Shown here: positions 8,319 through 18,079 of the stretch, in pieces
How positions within the stretch are numbered: position 1 is the first letter of the stretch
Layout of the letters: each line of letters opens with the position of its first letter
Origin: an uncultured bacterium
GTDB lineage: Bacteria > Chloroflexota > Limnocylindria > QHBO01
Assembly (NCBI GenBank): GCA_965652075.1
Contig: CBFGTN010000002.1
Coordinates: 1,372 to 65,371 of the forward strand
DNA: 64,000 bases
Direction: 5' to 3'
Notes under the pieces: generated by a model
The model's input: the letters and a program-made list of their open reading frames with translations, nothing else
Database searches by the model: none
What the model was told of the DNA's origin: nothing
Position numbers and translations under genes: made by a program

Positions 8319-8591
8319 ATGACTGAGCAGCCACCTCCGCGCACGCAGGAGTTCACCATCAACGGCGACGAGGTCGTCGCCAAGGTCAAGGAGCTCGTCC
8401 ACGAGGGCAACGTCCGGCGCCTCATCATCAAAAACGAGGACGGCCGCACGATGCTGGAGGTCCCGCTGACGCTCGGGGTCGTCGGCGTGGCCTTCATGCC
8501 GGTGCTCGCCGCGATCGGCGCCGCCGCCGCGCTCGCCACGCGCTGCACGATCGTCGTCGAGCGCGACGAGCCCTCGCGAGACGCCGACTGA
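8319..8591 (+). CDS. DUF4342-like small protein
   Basis: VKELVHEGNVRRLIIKNEDGRTMLEVPLTLGVVGVAFMPVLAAIGAAAAL matches my recollection of the DUF4342 pattern. Family assignment not verified. Confidence 0.6.
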   Translation: MTEQPPPRTQEFTINGDEVVAKVKELVHEGNVRRLIIKNEDGRTMLEVPLTLGVVGVAFMPVLAAIGAAAALATRCTIVVERDEPSRDAD

Positions 8592-8675
8592 CGCCGGCAA
8601 CCGACCATGGCGGAGGGTCAGTTGATTCGGACCGGTCCCCCTGTCACGACGGCGCCGCGCCGCGATGAGCTCATG

Positions 8676-10079
8676 TCACGCCTCCATCGGGCCCCAGGCC
8701 GTGCGCCAGACGCGCCAGAGCGCCTCCGGGTCACTGAGCGGGTCGCCGTGGACGCAGAAGAAGTCCGCCGGGCCGCCCTCGCGGATGACGCCCGCGCGCC
8801 CCTCGCCGAGGAGCTCGCCACCCCGCCACGTCGCCGCCGCCAGCGCGTCGACCGGCTCGAGCCCCGCGGTCACCAGGCTCGTCACCTCCCACGCCAGCTG
8901 GTTCGCGCGCAGGGAGCCGCCACCGAAGTCGCTGCCGGTCGCGATCCGGACGCCGGCGTCGCGCGCGGCCCGCACCGATGCCTCACCCTGCTCGAGGCGA
9001 GCCTCGATCGCCGATCGGCCCTCGGGCGTCGCGAAGCGCTCCATGGTGGTCGTCGCGCCGAACGTCAGCCACGAGCGCATGACTGCCAGCGTCGACACGA
9101 GCGTCGTGCCGCGGGCCGCCATCTCCGCCGCGACGGTCGCGTCCAGGTCGAACCCGTGCTCGATCGAGTCCACGCCGCCCAGCACCGCCTCGCGCGCGCC
9201 GTTGAGGCGCCCGGAGTGCGCGGCGACCCGCGCGTCGCGCCCGTGCGCCGCGTCGACGACGCGGGCGACCTCGCTCGCCGTCCACGGTGAGACGTTCACG
9301 TCCGGGCCGTCCATGTAGAGCTTGATCAGGTCGGCCCCGGCGTCCAGCTGGCCGATCGCCGCGCCGACCAGCTCGTCGGCGTTCGCCGCCTCGATGACGC
9401 CGTTCATCGGCGCGACGCCGGTCTTGAACAGCCATGAGCCCGCGGCGCGCAGGTAGGGCCGGTCATGCCGTCCGCGCCAGCGGTCGCGCACGGCCAGCGC
9501 CAGCGCTCGGGTCCGGCCGTCATCGGGGCTCTCGCCGATCGGCGACCCGACGTCGCGCATCCAGCGCACGCCGGCGGCGAGGGCGATTCGGGCGTTGTCC
9601 TCCGCGACCGCCAGCAGCGTCTCGGGCGGGTCGTTGAAACGCTCGATCCAGTTCGCGCCGCCCGGCCCGGTGACGTGGCTGTGGCAGTCGACCATGCCCG
9701 GGACGAACGTCGCGCCCGCGCAGTCGATGACCGCCGCCCGCGAGGCGTCCTCCTCACCGCCCGCCGGGCGAATCCATGCGATGCGGCCGTCCTCGACGAG
9801 GATGCTGACGTGCTGCTGGAGCGACGCCTCGCGACCATCCGCAAGCGCGCCGTCGCGGTACAGGACCCGCCCCGTCACCGGCCGCGGGGTCGGGCTCGGC
9901 GTTGGTGCGGGCGTCGGGGAGGGCGCGCCCGCGGGGCTCGGGCTCGTCCCGGAGCTCGGAGAGAGCAATGGCGAGAGCGACGGCAGGGGCGAGGCGCAGG
10001 CGGCGAGGCCGGCGGCCGATGCGGTTGCCCCGAGCTGGAGGAGCCGACGCCGGCTGATCGGTGCCGGGTGCTGATGCAT
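8676..10079 (-). CDS. Exported amidohydrolase-family metallohydrolase
   Basis: Tat/lipoprotein-like leader ISRRRLLQLGATASAAGLAAC. Metal-binding VDCHSHV. Overall amidohydrolase_1 pattern. Confidence 0.85.
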   Translation of the reverse strand: MHQHPAPISRRRLLQLGATASAAGLAACASPLPSLSPLLSPSSGTSPSPAGAPSPTPAPTPSPTPRPVTGRVLYRDGALADGREASLQQHVSILVEDGRIAWIRPAGGEEDASRAAVIDCAGATFVPGMVDCHSHVTGPGGANWIERFNDPPETLLAVAEDNARIALAAGVRWMRDVGSPIGESPDDGRTRALALAVRDRWRGRHDRPYLRAAGSWLFKTGVAPMNGVIEAANADELVGAAIGQLDAGADLIKLYMDGPDVNVSPWTASEVARVVDAAHGRDARVAAHSGRLNGAREAVLGGVDSIEHGFDLDATVAAEMAARGTTLVSTLAVMRSWLTFGATTTMERFATPEGRSAIEARLEQGEASVRAARDAGVRIATGSDFGGGSLRANQLAWEVTSLVTAGLEPVDALAAATWRGGELLGEGRAGVIREGGPADFFCVHGDPLSDPEALWRVWRTAWGPMEA

Positions 10080-10112
10080 GCCGTCAGTATCGGCCCAAGC
10101 TGTCCGGGCGGC

Positions 10113-11213
10113 CTACTCCCAGCGGAAGAGGCGCAGCGCGATGACGAAGCTGATGACCATCCACACCGCCATCCCGAGCAGCTGCGGCCCCAGCGCGGTG
10201 AGGTTCGCGCCCTCGTTCACGATCGCGCGGAGCGCCTCGTTCACGTACGTCAGCGGCAGGAACTGCGTGATCGCGGCCAGGAAGTCGGGCATCGCATCGC
10301 GCGGGAAGAAGACGCCCGACAGGAACATCATCGGCAGGCTCACGAGGTTCGCGACGGGCGCGGCCTGATCCTCGTTCTTGGCCCAGCCGGCGATCCCGAA
10401 GCCCATGGCCAGGAAGATCGCCGAGCCGAGGATGACGATCACCAGCAGGGTCCCCCAGTCGCCGAACATCTGGAGCCCGAACCAGATGCCGATGCCGAAC
10501 AGGATGGCGACCTGGGCGAGGCCGATGATGATCCGCGACATCACCTGCGCCGAAAGGAAGTAGCTCGGCGAGGTGGGCGTCGCGAACAGGCGCCGAAGCG
10601 CGCCGGTCCGCTTGAGCTGCACGAAGCCGAACGCGACGCCGAAGATCCCGAGCTGCATGATCGTCATGCCGACGATGCCGGGGACGAGGAAGTCGATGTA
10701 GCCGAGGTCGCGCGACTCGACCGACTCGAACGTCACCGGTGGCACCAGTGCCGCGGTGCCTCCACCGCCGCCCGGAGCGTAGAGCGCCTGCGCCACCGCC
10801 TGCTGCAGGAGGCCCTGCGCGACCTGCGCCTGGGCCGGGTCCGCCGTCCCCGCGTAGGCCACCAGTCCGGTGTCCACGCCCGGCGGCGGCACCGACCACC
10901 CGTTCGGGATCACGAGCACGAAGTCGCGGTCGCCGTCCGAGAGCGCGGCGAGCTCGGCGTCGCGGTCGCCCTCGATGAGGATCAGGTAGTCGTACGCGCC
11001 GAGCTCGTCGACGAATGCAACGCTCGCGTCGTTTTCCGCCTCGTCGACGATGCCGAGCTGGATCTCGGTGCTCCCCTCGAAGTTCAGCACGCCGAAGATC
11101 AGCATGATGATCAGCGGCAGGAAGAGGCTGAAGAAGACGGCCGCGCGGTTGCGGATGAACATCTTCCCGCTGGCGATGAAGAGGGCCCACAGGACGCCGA
11201 GGCGCACGGTCAA
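10113..11213 (-). CDS. ABC-2 type exporter permease with a large extracytoplasmic loop
   Basis: An N-terminal TM helix, a ~150-aa soluble loop, then five TM helices. The start (TTG 11213 or GTG 11207) abuts or overlaps the ATPase stop at 11210-11212. Confidence 0.8.
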   Translation of the reverse strand: MTVRLGVLWALFIASGKMFIRNRAAVFFSLFLPLIIMLIFGVLNFEGSTEIQLGIVDEAENDASVAFVDELGAYDYLILIEGDRDAELAALSDGDRDFVLVIPNGWSVPPPGVDTGLVAYAGTADPAQAQVAQGLLQQAVAQALYAPGGGGGTAALVPPVTFESVESRDLGYIDFLVPGIVGMTIMQLGIFGVAFGFVQLKRTGALRRLFATPTSPSYFLSAQVMSRIIIGLAQVAILFGIGIWFGLQMFGDWGTLLVIVILGSAIFLAMGFGIAGWAKNEDQAAPVANLVSLPMMFLSGVFFPRDAMPDFLAAITQFLPLTYVNEALRAIVNEGANLTALGPQLLGMAVWMVISFVIALRLFRWE

Positions 11214-12013
11214 TCCTCCTCGCGCAGCTCGTGGCCGGTGAGATCGATGAAGACGTCCTCGAGGTTTGCGAGCCGCTCCACGCGCGCCTTGGCGAAGCCC
11301 CGGCCGACGAGCTCGTCGACGAGCCGTTGCGGGGCGTCGAGCGCGATGATCCGGCCGCGGTCCATGATCGCGACGCGGTCGCAGAGCTCCTCCGCCTCTT
11401 CCATGTAGTGCGTCGTCAGGACGACCGTGTGGCCGCTCTCGCGGATCGAGCGGACGAGGCCCCACATGTGACGCCGCGCCTGCGGGTCGAGGCCGGTCGT
11501 CGGCTCGTCGAGGAAGAGCACGCGCGGATCGTTGACGAGCGCGGACGCGATGCTGAATCGCTGCTTCTGCCCGCCGGAGAGGGTGCGCACCTGGCTCTTC
11601 GCCTTCTCCGTCAGCTCGACCAGCTCGAGCAGCGCCATCGGGTCGACGTCGCGCTCGTAGAGCTGCGCGAAGAGGTGGAGCAGCTCGACGAGGGTCAGCT
11701 CGTCGAAGAAGGCCGACGCCTGGAGCTGGATGCCGATGCGGCGTTTGACCTCACGCGGGTCGGCCCGCACGTCGACGCCGTCGATGACGGCCTCGCCCGA
11801 GTCGATCGGCCGCATGCCCTCGATCATCTCGAGGGTCGTCGTCTTTCCGGCGCCGTTCGGTCCGAGGATGCCGAACACCTCGCCCTCGGCAACCTCGAAG
11901 CTCACGCCGTCGACGGCGTCCAGGGTGCCGTAGCGCTTGCGCAGGTCGGAGACGACGATGATCGGGGCTCCCCCCGCGGAGGAGCGAGGCTGGTCCGAGC
12001 TCGGGGCAGTCAT
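11210..12013 (-). CDS. ABC transporter ATP-binding protein (ABC-2/DrrA-like)
   Basis: Walker A GPNGAGKTTT, signature LSGGQKQR, Walker B LFLDEPTTGLD. Confidence 0.9.
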   Translation of the reverse strand: MTAPSSDQPRSSAGGAPIIVVSDLRKRYGTLDAVDGVSFEVAEGEVFGILGPNGAGKTTTLEMIEGMRPIDSGEAVIDGVDVRADPREVKRRIGIQLQASAFFDELTLVELLHLFAQLYERDVDPMALLELVELTEKAKSQVRTLSGGQKQRFSIASALVNDPRVLFLDEPTTGLDPQARRHMWGLVRSIRESGHTVVLTTHYMEEAEELCDRVAIMDRGRIIALDAPQRLVDELVGRGFAKARVERLANLEDVFIDLTGHELREED

Positions 12014-12101
12014 CGGCTGCCCATGCTATCCGGACGCCGCTGTCGACGCTCGGACGCGACGGGTAGGGAAATTCGAACGATCACCGGCTAGCCTTCGCCG
12101 C

Positions 12102-12746
12102 ATGAGCCCTCCGCGAGGGCGTGGCCGCCCACCCCATCCGGACGTGCTGACGCCGGCCGAGTGGGCCGTCCTCGACCTCGTTCGCCACGGCCTGCGACGG
12201 TCCGAGATCGCGGAGCGCCGAGGCACGTCCGTCGACGCGGTGAAGTACCACCTCGCGAACATCGGCGGGAAGCTCGGCGTCAGCGCCCGCGACCTGCGCC
12301 ACTGGCCCGGCGTCCCGTCCACCACCGCCCTTGCCCGCACGAGGAACAATCGACCCATGTCGCAACCAACGACCGCCCCGCCACTCGGCGCCATCGGCCA
12401 GGTCTCGCTGCATGTCCGCGACGTCGCCCGCGCGGAGCGGTTCTACGGCGAGACCCTGGGCCTGCCGCACGTCTTCACCTTCGGCGACCTCGCCTTCTTC
12501 GACGCGGGCGGGGTCCGCCTCTATCTCCATCGCAAGGACGAGCCCGACTGGCGTCCCGGCTCGATCCTCTACTTCCTGGTCGATGACATCCATGCCGCTC
12601 AGTCGAACCTTGCCGCGGCAAGCGTGCGATTCTCCGGCGCCCCGCACGTGATCTACACCGACGATGCGACCGGGACAGAGGAGTGGATGACGTTCTTCGA
12701 GGACGGCGAGGGCAACACCCTCGCGCTGATGTCCCGCGTGGGCTGA
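12102..12746 (+). CDS. One-component regulator: N-terminal LuxR/GerE HTH fused to a VOC (glyoxalase/bleomycin-resistance fold) domain
   Basis: Start ATG 12102. HTH is LTPAEWAVLDLVRHGLRRSEIAERRGTSVDAVKYHLANIGGKLGV. VOC is IGQVSLHVRDVARAERFYGETLGL ... WMTFFEDGEGNTLALMS. Confidence 0.75.
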   Translation: MSPPRGRGRPPHPDVLTPAEWAVLDLVRHGLRRSEIAERRGTSVDAVKYHLANIGGKLGVSARDLRHWPGVPSTTALARTRNNRPMSQPTTAPPLGAIGQVSLHVRDVARAERFYGETLGLPHVFTFGDLAFFDAGGVRLYLHRKDEPDWRPGSILYFLVDDIHAAQSNLAAASVRFSGAPHVIYTDDATGTEEWMTFFEDGEGNTLALMSRVG

Positions 12747-12750
12747 CGCC

Positions 12751-13953
12751 TCAGCCGACGAGGCTGCGGTAGAGCGCCACCGTCTGGCGCGCGATGACCT
12801 TCCAGCTGAATCGCTCGACCGCGCGCCGGCGGGCGGCGCGGCCCATGACTCCCCGGGTGCGCGGGTCGGCCATGAGCGCGTTGATGGCTCCCGCCAGGTT
12901 CAGCTCGAACCGATCCGGGTCGATCGGGCGCATCGGGTCCTCGAGGGACAGCTCGACCGGGACGAGCAGCCCGGTCTCCCCGTCCACGATGACCTCCGGG
13001 ATCCCGCCCACCGCCGACGCCACGACCGGCGTCTCGCACGCGGCCGCCTCGAGGTTGATGATCCCGAACGGCTCGTACACCGACGGGCAGCAGAACACCG
13101 CGGCGCGCGAGTAGAGCTGTCGCACCTCCTCGCGGCTGACCATCTCGCCGATCCAGACGACGTTCGGGCGCTCAGCCTGCGCCGCCCGAACGCCGGCGGC
13201 CATCTCCTTCGCGATCTCGGGCGTGTCCGGCTGGCCGGCGCACAGCACGACCCCGATGCCGGGCGCGAGGTGGTGGATGGCGCGGACGAGGTGGACGATC
13301 CCCTTCTGGCGCGTGACGCGGCCGACGAACAGGACGTACGGCACGGTCGGGTCGATGCCGCGCTGCTCGAGGAAGTTCGTTCCGGGTTCGGGGCGGTAGA
13401 ACTCGGCGTCGATCCCGTTGTGGATGACGTGCACGCGCTCGCCGGGCACGTCGAACAGCCGCAGGACGTCGTCCCGCGTCCCCTGGCTGACGGCGATGAC
13501 CGCGCGGGCCGACTCGATCGCGGTTCGCTCGATCCAGCTGCTGACGTCGTACCCACCTCCGAGCTGCTCCCGCTTCCACGGACGCAGCGGCTCCAGCGAG
13601 TGCACCGTCACCGCCAGGGGGATCCCGTACGCCAGCTGCACGAGCACCCCGGCGAGGTGCGAGTACCAGGTGTGTGCGTGGACGACGTCGGCGCGGACCG
13701 GGTCAGCCAGCATGCTGAGGTCGCGCGAGAGCGCCTCGAGCATCGGCCGCAGGCGGGGATCGACGGCCGAGACGTCGTGGCCGGGCCCGTAGCCTCGCAC
13801 CCGCCACCCGGCGGCGTCCTCCGAACGGCTGCCGAAGCTGCGCACGTCGACGTCGATGAGCGTCCGCAGCTGCCGCGTCAGCTCGTCCACGTGGATCCCG
13901 GCCCCGCCGTAGATCTCGGGCGGGAACTCGTTCGTCAGGATGAGCGCGCGCAC
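12751..13953 (-). CDS. glgA: GT4 glycogen synthase of the actinobacterial GlgA/GlgM (maltose-1-phosphate synthase) type
   Basis: MRALILTNEFPPEIYGGAGIHVDEL N-terminus and EPFGIINLEAAACETPVVASAVGGIPEV motif, typical of the Corynebacterium-family GlgA. Confidence 0.85.
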   Translation of the reverse strand: MRALILTNEFPPEIYGGAGIHVDELTRQLRTLIDVDVRSFGSRSEDAAGWRVRGYGPGHDVSAVDPRLRPMLEALSRDLSMLADPVRADVVHAHTWYSHLAGVLVQLAYGIPLAVTVHSLEPLRPWKREQLGGGYDVSSWIERTAIESARAVIAVSQGTRDDVLRLFDVPGERVHVIHNGIDAEFYRPEPGTNFLEQRGIDPTVPYVLFVGRVTRQKGIVHLVRAIHHLAPGIGVVLCAGQPDTPEIAKEMAAGVRAAQAERPNVVWIGEMVSREEVRQLYSRAAVFCCPSVYEPFGIINLEAAACETPVVASAVGGIPEVIVDGETGLLVPVELSLEDPMRPIDPDRFELNLAGAINALMADPRTRGVMGRAARRRAVERFSWKVIARQTVALYRSLVG

Positions 13954-13962
13954 GCGCCCAGA

Positions 13963-14418
13963 CTACCCGCGCGCCCGGTGCACCTGCAGCCGGCGCCTCC
14001 GCGCCGTCACGTCGAGGATGCGCTCCATCTCGTCGATGTCGAAGGGCTTCGGCATGACCGGCGCCCAGTCCGCGATCTCCGCCTGGCGGCGCGGTCGTGC
14101 CGCCGTGCAGACGAGCACCGGCAGGTTACGGAGGCGTCCATCCCGCCGAAGCTCGCGGGCACGGTCGCCGCCACGGCCGTCCGGGAGCTCGTCGTCGAGG
14201 ATGACGAGGTCCGGCGTCGCCTGGGCCATCGCGCGCTCGAACTCCGCGAGGCGCGAGAATCCGCGGGCGGCCCACCCTGCATCGGCGGCGACGTCCCGGA
14301 TCAGATCGAGCGTCGGTGGGTCGTCCTCGACGACAAAGAGAATCGGCCGCGCGGATGACCGGCGATCGTCCGGCTGCCGCCCGACCTCGTGTCGTTGCTC
14401 GAGTCTCGTGGTCTGCAC
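13963..14418 (-). CDS. Stand-alone receiver-domain response regulator
   Basis: [22 protein letters not shown] (acceptor Asp), [15 protein letters not shown]. No output domain. Start assigned to GTG 14418 (GGGGA upstream). The rest of the 683-aa track ORF is antisense to copA. Confidence 0.7.
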   Translation of the reverse strand: MQTTRLEQRHEVGRQPDDRRSSARPILFVVEDDPPTLDLIRDVAADAGWAARGFSRLAEFERAMAQATPDLVILDDELPDGRGGDRARELRRDGRLRNLPVLVCTAARPRRQAEIADWAPVMPKPFDIDEMERILDVTARRRRLQVHRARG

Positions 14419-14613
14419 GATCGGCGAGTCCCCCGAATGTCTGACATGGTTCGGACAGCAATGCCCGTGCCGGGCGGCGTCCGAGTCCGCGGAAACGGTG
14501 GCGCCGATCACCGATTGTTCCGAAAGCCGTGCCCGGTACCGGCCTTCGTGTGCGGAAGCGGTGGCCCGGACGGCGACCAAGCGGTTGTCCGGTCCGCAGC
14601 CGGCCGACTCGAC

Positions 14614-14634
14614 GGATACTCCCCTGGTGTATCC
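14614..14634. promoter_or_regulatory. Candidate CsoR-type operator overlapping the copA promoter
   Basis: GGATACTCCCCTGGTGTATCC has ATAC/GTAT arms around a C/G-rich core and ends 12 nt before the copA ATG. It overlaps a TATCCT -10-like hexamer (14630-14635). Confidence 0.35.
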
Positions 14635-14646
14635 TTGACCGACGCC

Positions 14647-16899
14647 ATGAGCACCCACACCTCCACCGCCCCGACCGAGCTGAGCGTGCCGGTCGTCGGG
14701 ATGACCTGCGCGAGCTGCGTGAACCGCATCGAACGCTACCTGTCCCGCGCCGACGGCGTCTCCGACGCCAACGTCAACCTCGCAACCGAACGCGCCACGG
14801 TGCGCTTCGATCCCGCGGTCATCGATCGGTCCGGGATCGTGGCGGCGATCGAGGCCGCCGGCTACGAGGTCGGACGCGAGGCGGCCGCCGTCGACGCCGG
14901 AGCCGACGTGGACGCGGCCGAGGCGGAGCGCGCCGGCGAACGCCGCGAGCTGCTCACCCAGGCACTGGCGTCGCTCGCGATCGGCGGCGCGATGATGGCG
15001 ATCATGTTCTGGCCCGGCGGCACGCCCTGGCCGATCGCCGACGTGAACCGCTGGTTCCTCATCCCCGCCACGATCGTCCAGTTCGTCTTCGGCCGCCGAT
15101 TCCTCGTCGCCGCGTGGCGGGGCGCCAGGCACGGGGAGGCGAACATGAACACCCTCGTCGCGATCGGCACGCTGGCCGCGTACCTCTACTCGGTCTTCGT
15201 GACGCTCATGCCCGACAGGGTCATGGCCCTTGGGCTCGGGCACGAGACGTACTTCGACTCGGCCGCGGTGATCATCGGCCTCGTCCTGCTCGGTCGATGG
15301 CTCGAGGCGCGCGCGAAGGGCCAGGCGGCCGGCGCGGTCCGCAGCCTCCTCGAGCTGCGGCCACCGACGGCGCGCGTCCTGCGCCCGGGTGGTGAGCGCG
15401 AGGTGCCGATCAGCCAGGTCGTCGCCGGGGACCTCCTGCGCGTCCGGCCCGGCGAGCGGATCCCGGTCGATGGGATCGTCATCGACGGCGGCTCCGCGGT
15501 CGACGAGTCGATGCTCACCGGGGAGGCGATCCCGGTCGAGAAGTCCGTCGGGGACGGCGTCATCGGCGCGACTCTGAACGCGAGCGGCTCGTTCGTCATG
15601 CGTGCCGAGCGCGTCGGCGCCGACACCACGCTTGCCCAGATCGTCAGCCTCGTCGAGCGGGCGCAGGGCTCGAAGGCCCCGATCCAGCGGCTCGCCGACC
15701 GCGTCACCGGCTGGTTCGTCCCGGCGGTGCTCGTCATCGCCTCGCTGACGTTCGTCGCCTGGCTGCTGCTCGGGCCGGAGCCGAGCCTGCCGTTCGCGCT
15801 CTCCACCGCGATCGCCGTCCTCATCATCGCCTGCCCGTGCGCGATGGGCCTCGCGACGCCGACCGCGATCATGGTCGGCACCGGCAAGGGGGCCGAGCAC
15901 GGGATCCTCATCCGCGACGGCGCGGCGCTCGAGGGCGCACAGCGGGTCACGACCGTCGTCCTCGACAAGACCGGCACGGTGACGCTCGGGCGTCCCGTCG
16001 TGACCGCCCTGCACCCGGCGCCCGGGGTGTCCGAGGAGGAGCTGCTTCGCCTCGCGGCGTCAGCCGAGCACGGCAGCGAGCACCCACTGGCCGAGGCGAT
16101 CGTGCGGCATGCCGCCGAGCGCGGGATCGAGCCCGCAGACGCCAAGGCCTTTCGGGCAACCGCCGGGCGCGGAGTCCACGCCACGATCGACGGTACGGCG
16201 GTCCTCGTCGGCACCGCGCCCTTCCTCGCCGAGTCCGGCGTCGCGGATCTCGACGCGGACGGGCTGGACCTCGGAACGGCGACCGGGGCATGGGTGGCGC
16301 GCGATGGCCGGACGATCGGTGTCATCGGCCTCGCCGATACCGTCAAGCCGGGGGCAGCCGAAGCGGTCGCGAGGCTGACGCGCGCGGGCATCGACGTCTG
16401 GATGATCACCGGTGACCGCCGCGCCACCGCGGAGGCGATCGGTGCGGAGGTCGGGATCGGCCAGGACCGGATCGTGGCCGAGGTGCTGCCGGCGGACAAG
16501 GCGACCGCCGTCGAGCGCCTGCAGGCCGGGGGCGGGATGGTCGCCATGGTCGGAGACGGCATCAACGACGCGCCGGCGCTCGCACAGGCCGACCTGGGCA
16601 TCGCGATCGGGACCGGGGCCGACGTCGCGGTGCAGGCTTCCGACGTCACGCTCCTGGGCGAGGATCTCGGTGCCGTCCCGACGGCCGTCCGCCTTTCGCG
16701 CGCGACGATGCGCACGATCCGGCAGAACCTCGGCTGGGCGTTCGGCTACAACGTGCTGCTCATCCCGGTCGCGGCCGGGCTCCTGTACCCCGTGGCAGGC
16801 CTCCTGCTGACCCCGGCACTGGCGGCCGGCGCGATGGCGCTGTCGAGCGTGAGCGTCGTCCTCAACTCCCTTCGGCTGCGGGCCTTCCGCAGCGCCTGA
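14647..16899 (+). CDS. copA: Copper-translocating P1B-type ATPase
   Basis: HMA domain [15 protein letters not shown] motif [14 protein letters not shown], phosphorylation site VLDKTGTVT, hinge [13 protein letters not shown]. The in-frame upstream extension has low GC3, so ATG 14647 was chosen. Confidence 0.92.
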   Translation: MSTHTSTAPTELSVPVVGMTCASCVNRIERYLSRADGVSDANVNLATERATVRFDPAVIDRSGIVAAIEAAGYEVGREAAAVDAGADVDAAEAERAGERRELLTQALASLAIGGAMMAIMFWPGGTPWPIADVNRWFLIPATIVQFVFGRRFLVAAWRGARHGEANMNTLVAIGTLAAYLYSVFVTLMPDRVMALGLGHETYFDSAAVIIGLVLLGRWLEARAKGQAAGAVRSLLELRPPTARVLRPGGEREVPISQVVAGDLLRVRPGERIPVDGIVIDGGSAVDESMLTGEAIPVEKSVGDGVIGATLNASGSFVMRAERVGADTTLAQIVSLVERAQGSKAPIQRLADRVTGWFVPAVLVIASLTFVAWLLLGPEPSLPFALSTAIAVLIIACPCAMGLATPTAIMVGTGKGAEHGILIRDGAALEGAQRVTTVVLDKTGTVTLGRPVVTALHPAPGVSEEELLRLAASAEHGSEHPLAEAIVRHAAERGIEPADAKAFRATAGRGVHATIDGTAVLVGTAPFLAESGVADLDADGLDLGTATGAWVARDGRTIGVIGLADTVKPGAAEAVARLTRAGIDVWMITGDRRATAEAIGAEVGIGQDRIVAEVLPADKATAVERLQAGGGMVAMVGDGINDAPALAQADLGIAIGTGADVAVQASDVTLLGEDLGAVPTAVRLSRATMRTIRQNLGWAFGYNVLLIPVAAGLLYPVAGLLLTPALAAGAMALSSVSVVLNSLRLRAFRSA

Positions 16900-16914
16900 A
16901 CCGATGGAGCACCG

Positions 16915-17112
16915 ATGAACGAACTGGAGATGGCACCCATGGCCACCGATCCCGTCTGCGGGATGCAGGTCAATCCCGAGATCGCTCGAGCGCAGGACCT
17001 GAGCAGCGAGCACGACGGGCAGACCTACTACTTCTGCGGCAAGGGCTGCAAGCTGGACTTCGACGAGGATCCCGCGAAGTACTTCGATCCGGACTACGTC
17101 CCGAGCATGTAG
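16915..17112 (+). CDS. YHS/TRASH-domain metal-binding protein
   Basis: DPVCGMQV ... YYFCGKGCKLDF is the YHS signature. GGAG RBS. Lies 15 nt after copA. Confidence 0.85.
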   Translation: MNELEMAPMATDPVCGMQVNPEIARAQDLSSEHDGQTYYFCGKGCKLDFDEDPAKYFDPDYVPSM

Positions 17113-17155
17113 GCCGGCATCGGTCGACCGGCGCCCTGTCGGTAGACTGGGGGAC

Positions 17156-18079
17156 ATGGCCCTCATCAGCACCCGGGCGCTCACGAAGCGCTATCCCGGT
17201 GGCGTCACCGCGCTCGACGGCCTGACCGTCGAGATCGGTGAGGGCGTCATCGGCCTGGTCGGCGCGAACGGCGCGGGCAAGAGCACGCTCATCAAGATCC
17301 TGCTCGGCCTGCTCGACGCGTCGGAGGGCGAGGCAACGGTCCTCGATCTCGACGCCGCGACCCAGGGCGCGCGGATCCGTGAGCTCGTCGGCTACATGCC
17401 GGAGCACGACTGCCTTCCGCCCGACGTCAGCGCCACCGAGTTCGTCAGCCACCTGGCGCGCGTCTCCGGGCTCCCGGCGGGCGCCGCTCGCGAGCGGACC
17501 GCCGACGTCCTTCGTCACGTGGGCCTGTACGAGGAGCGCTATCGGCCGATCGGCGGCTACTCGACGGGCATGAAGCAGCGCGTGAAGCTCGCCCAGGCCC
17601 TCGTCCACGACCCACGCGTGCTCTTCCTCGACGAGCCGACGAACGGGCTCGATCCGGCCGGACGCGACGAGATGCTGGCGCTCATCGAGCGCATCGGCCG
17701 GGACTTCGGGATCACCGTCGTCGTCGCGAGCCACCTCCTCGGCGAGATCGAGCGCGTCGCGGGCTGGCTCGTCGCGATCGATGCCGGCCGCCTGCTGCGC
17801 ACCGCGCCGCTCACGAGCTTCACCGAGCGCACCGGCCAGCTCGTCGTCGAGACCGAGGAGGACGCGGCTCCGCTGGCCGAACGCCTCGTCGGACTCGGGC
17901 TGACCGCGACGGCGGAAGGGCGAAGCGTGCTCGTCGACATCGCGTCCGCGGGACCCGGCGAGTTCGCGGTCTACGACGCCGTCCGCGACTCGGCCGTCGC
18001 CCTCGGTCTCCCCCTCGTGCGCATCGAGCATCGCCGCCACCAGCTCGAGGACCTCTTCCGCGACGAGGATGCCGCGTGA
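17156..18079 (+). CDS. ABC transporter ATP-binding protein (first of two)
   Basis: GANGAGKSTL, YSTGMKQR, LFLDEPTNGLD. Confidence 0.9.
   Translation: MALISTRALTKRYPGGVTALDGLTVEIGEGVIGLVGANGAGKSTLIKILLGLLDASEGEATVLDLDAATQGARIRELVGYMPEHDCLPPDVSATEFVSHLARVSGLPAGAARERTADVLRHVGLYEERYRPIGGYSTGMKQRVKLAQALVHDPRVLFLDEPTNGLDPAGRDEMLALIERIGRDFGITVVVASHLLGEIERVAGWLVAIDAGRLLRTAPLTSFTERTGQLVVETEEDAAPLAERLVGLGLTATAEGRSVLVDIASAGPGEFAVYDAVRDSAVALGLPLVRIEHRRHQLEDLFRDEDAA

Noticed and set aside
13963-16014. 683-aa minus-strand ORF spanning the copA region.
   Set aside because: Only the last ~150 codons (13963-14418) encode a recognisable receiver domain. The remainder is antisense to copA and compositionally shadow-like.
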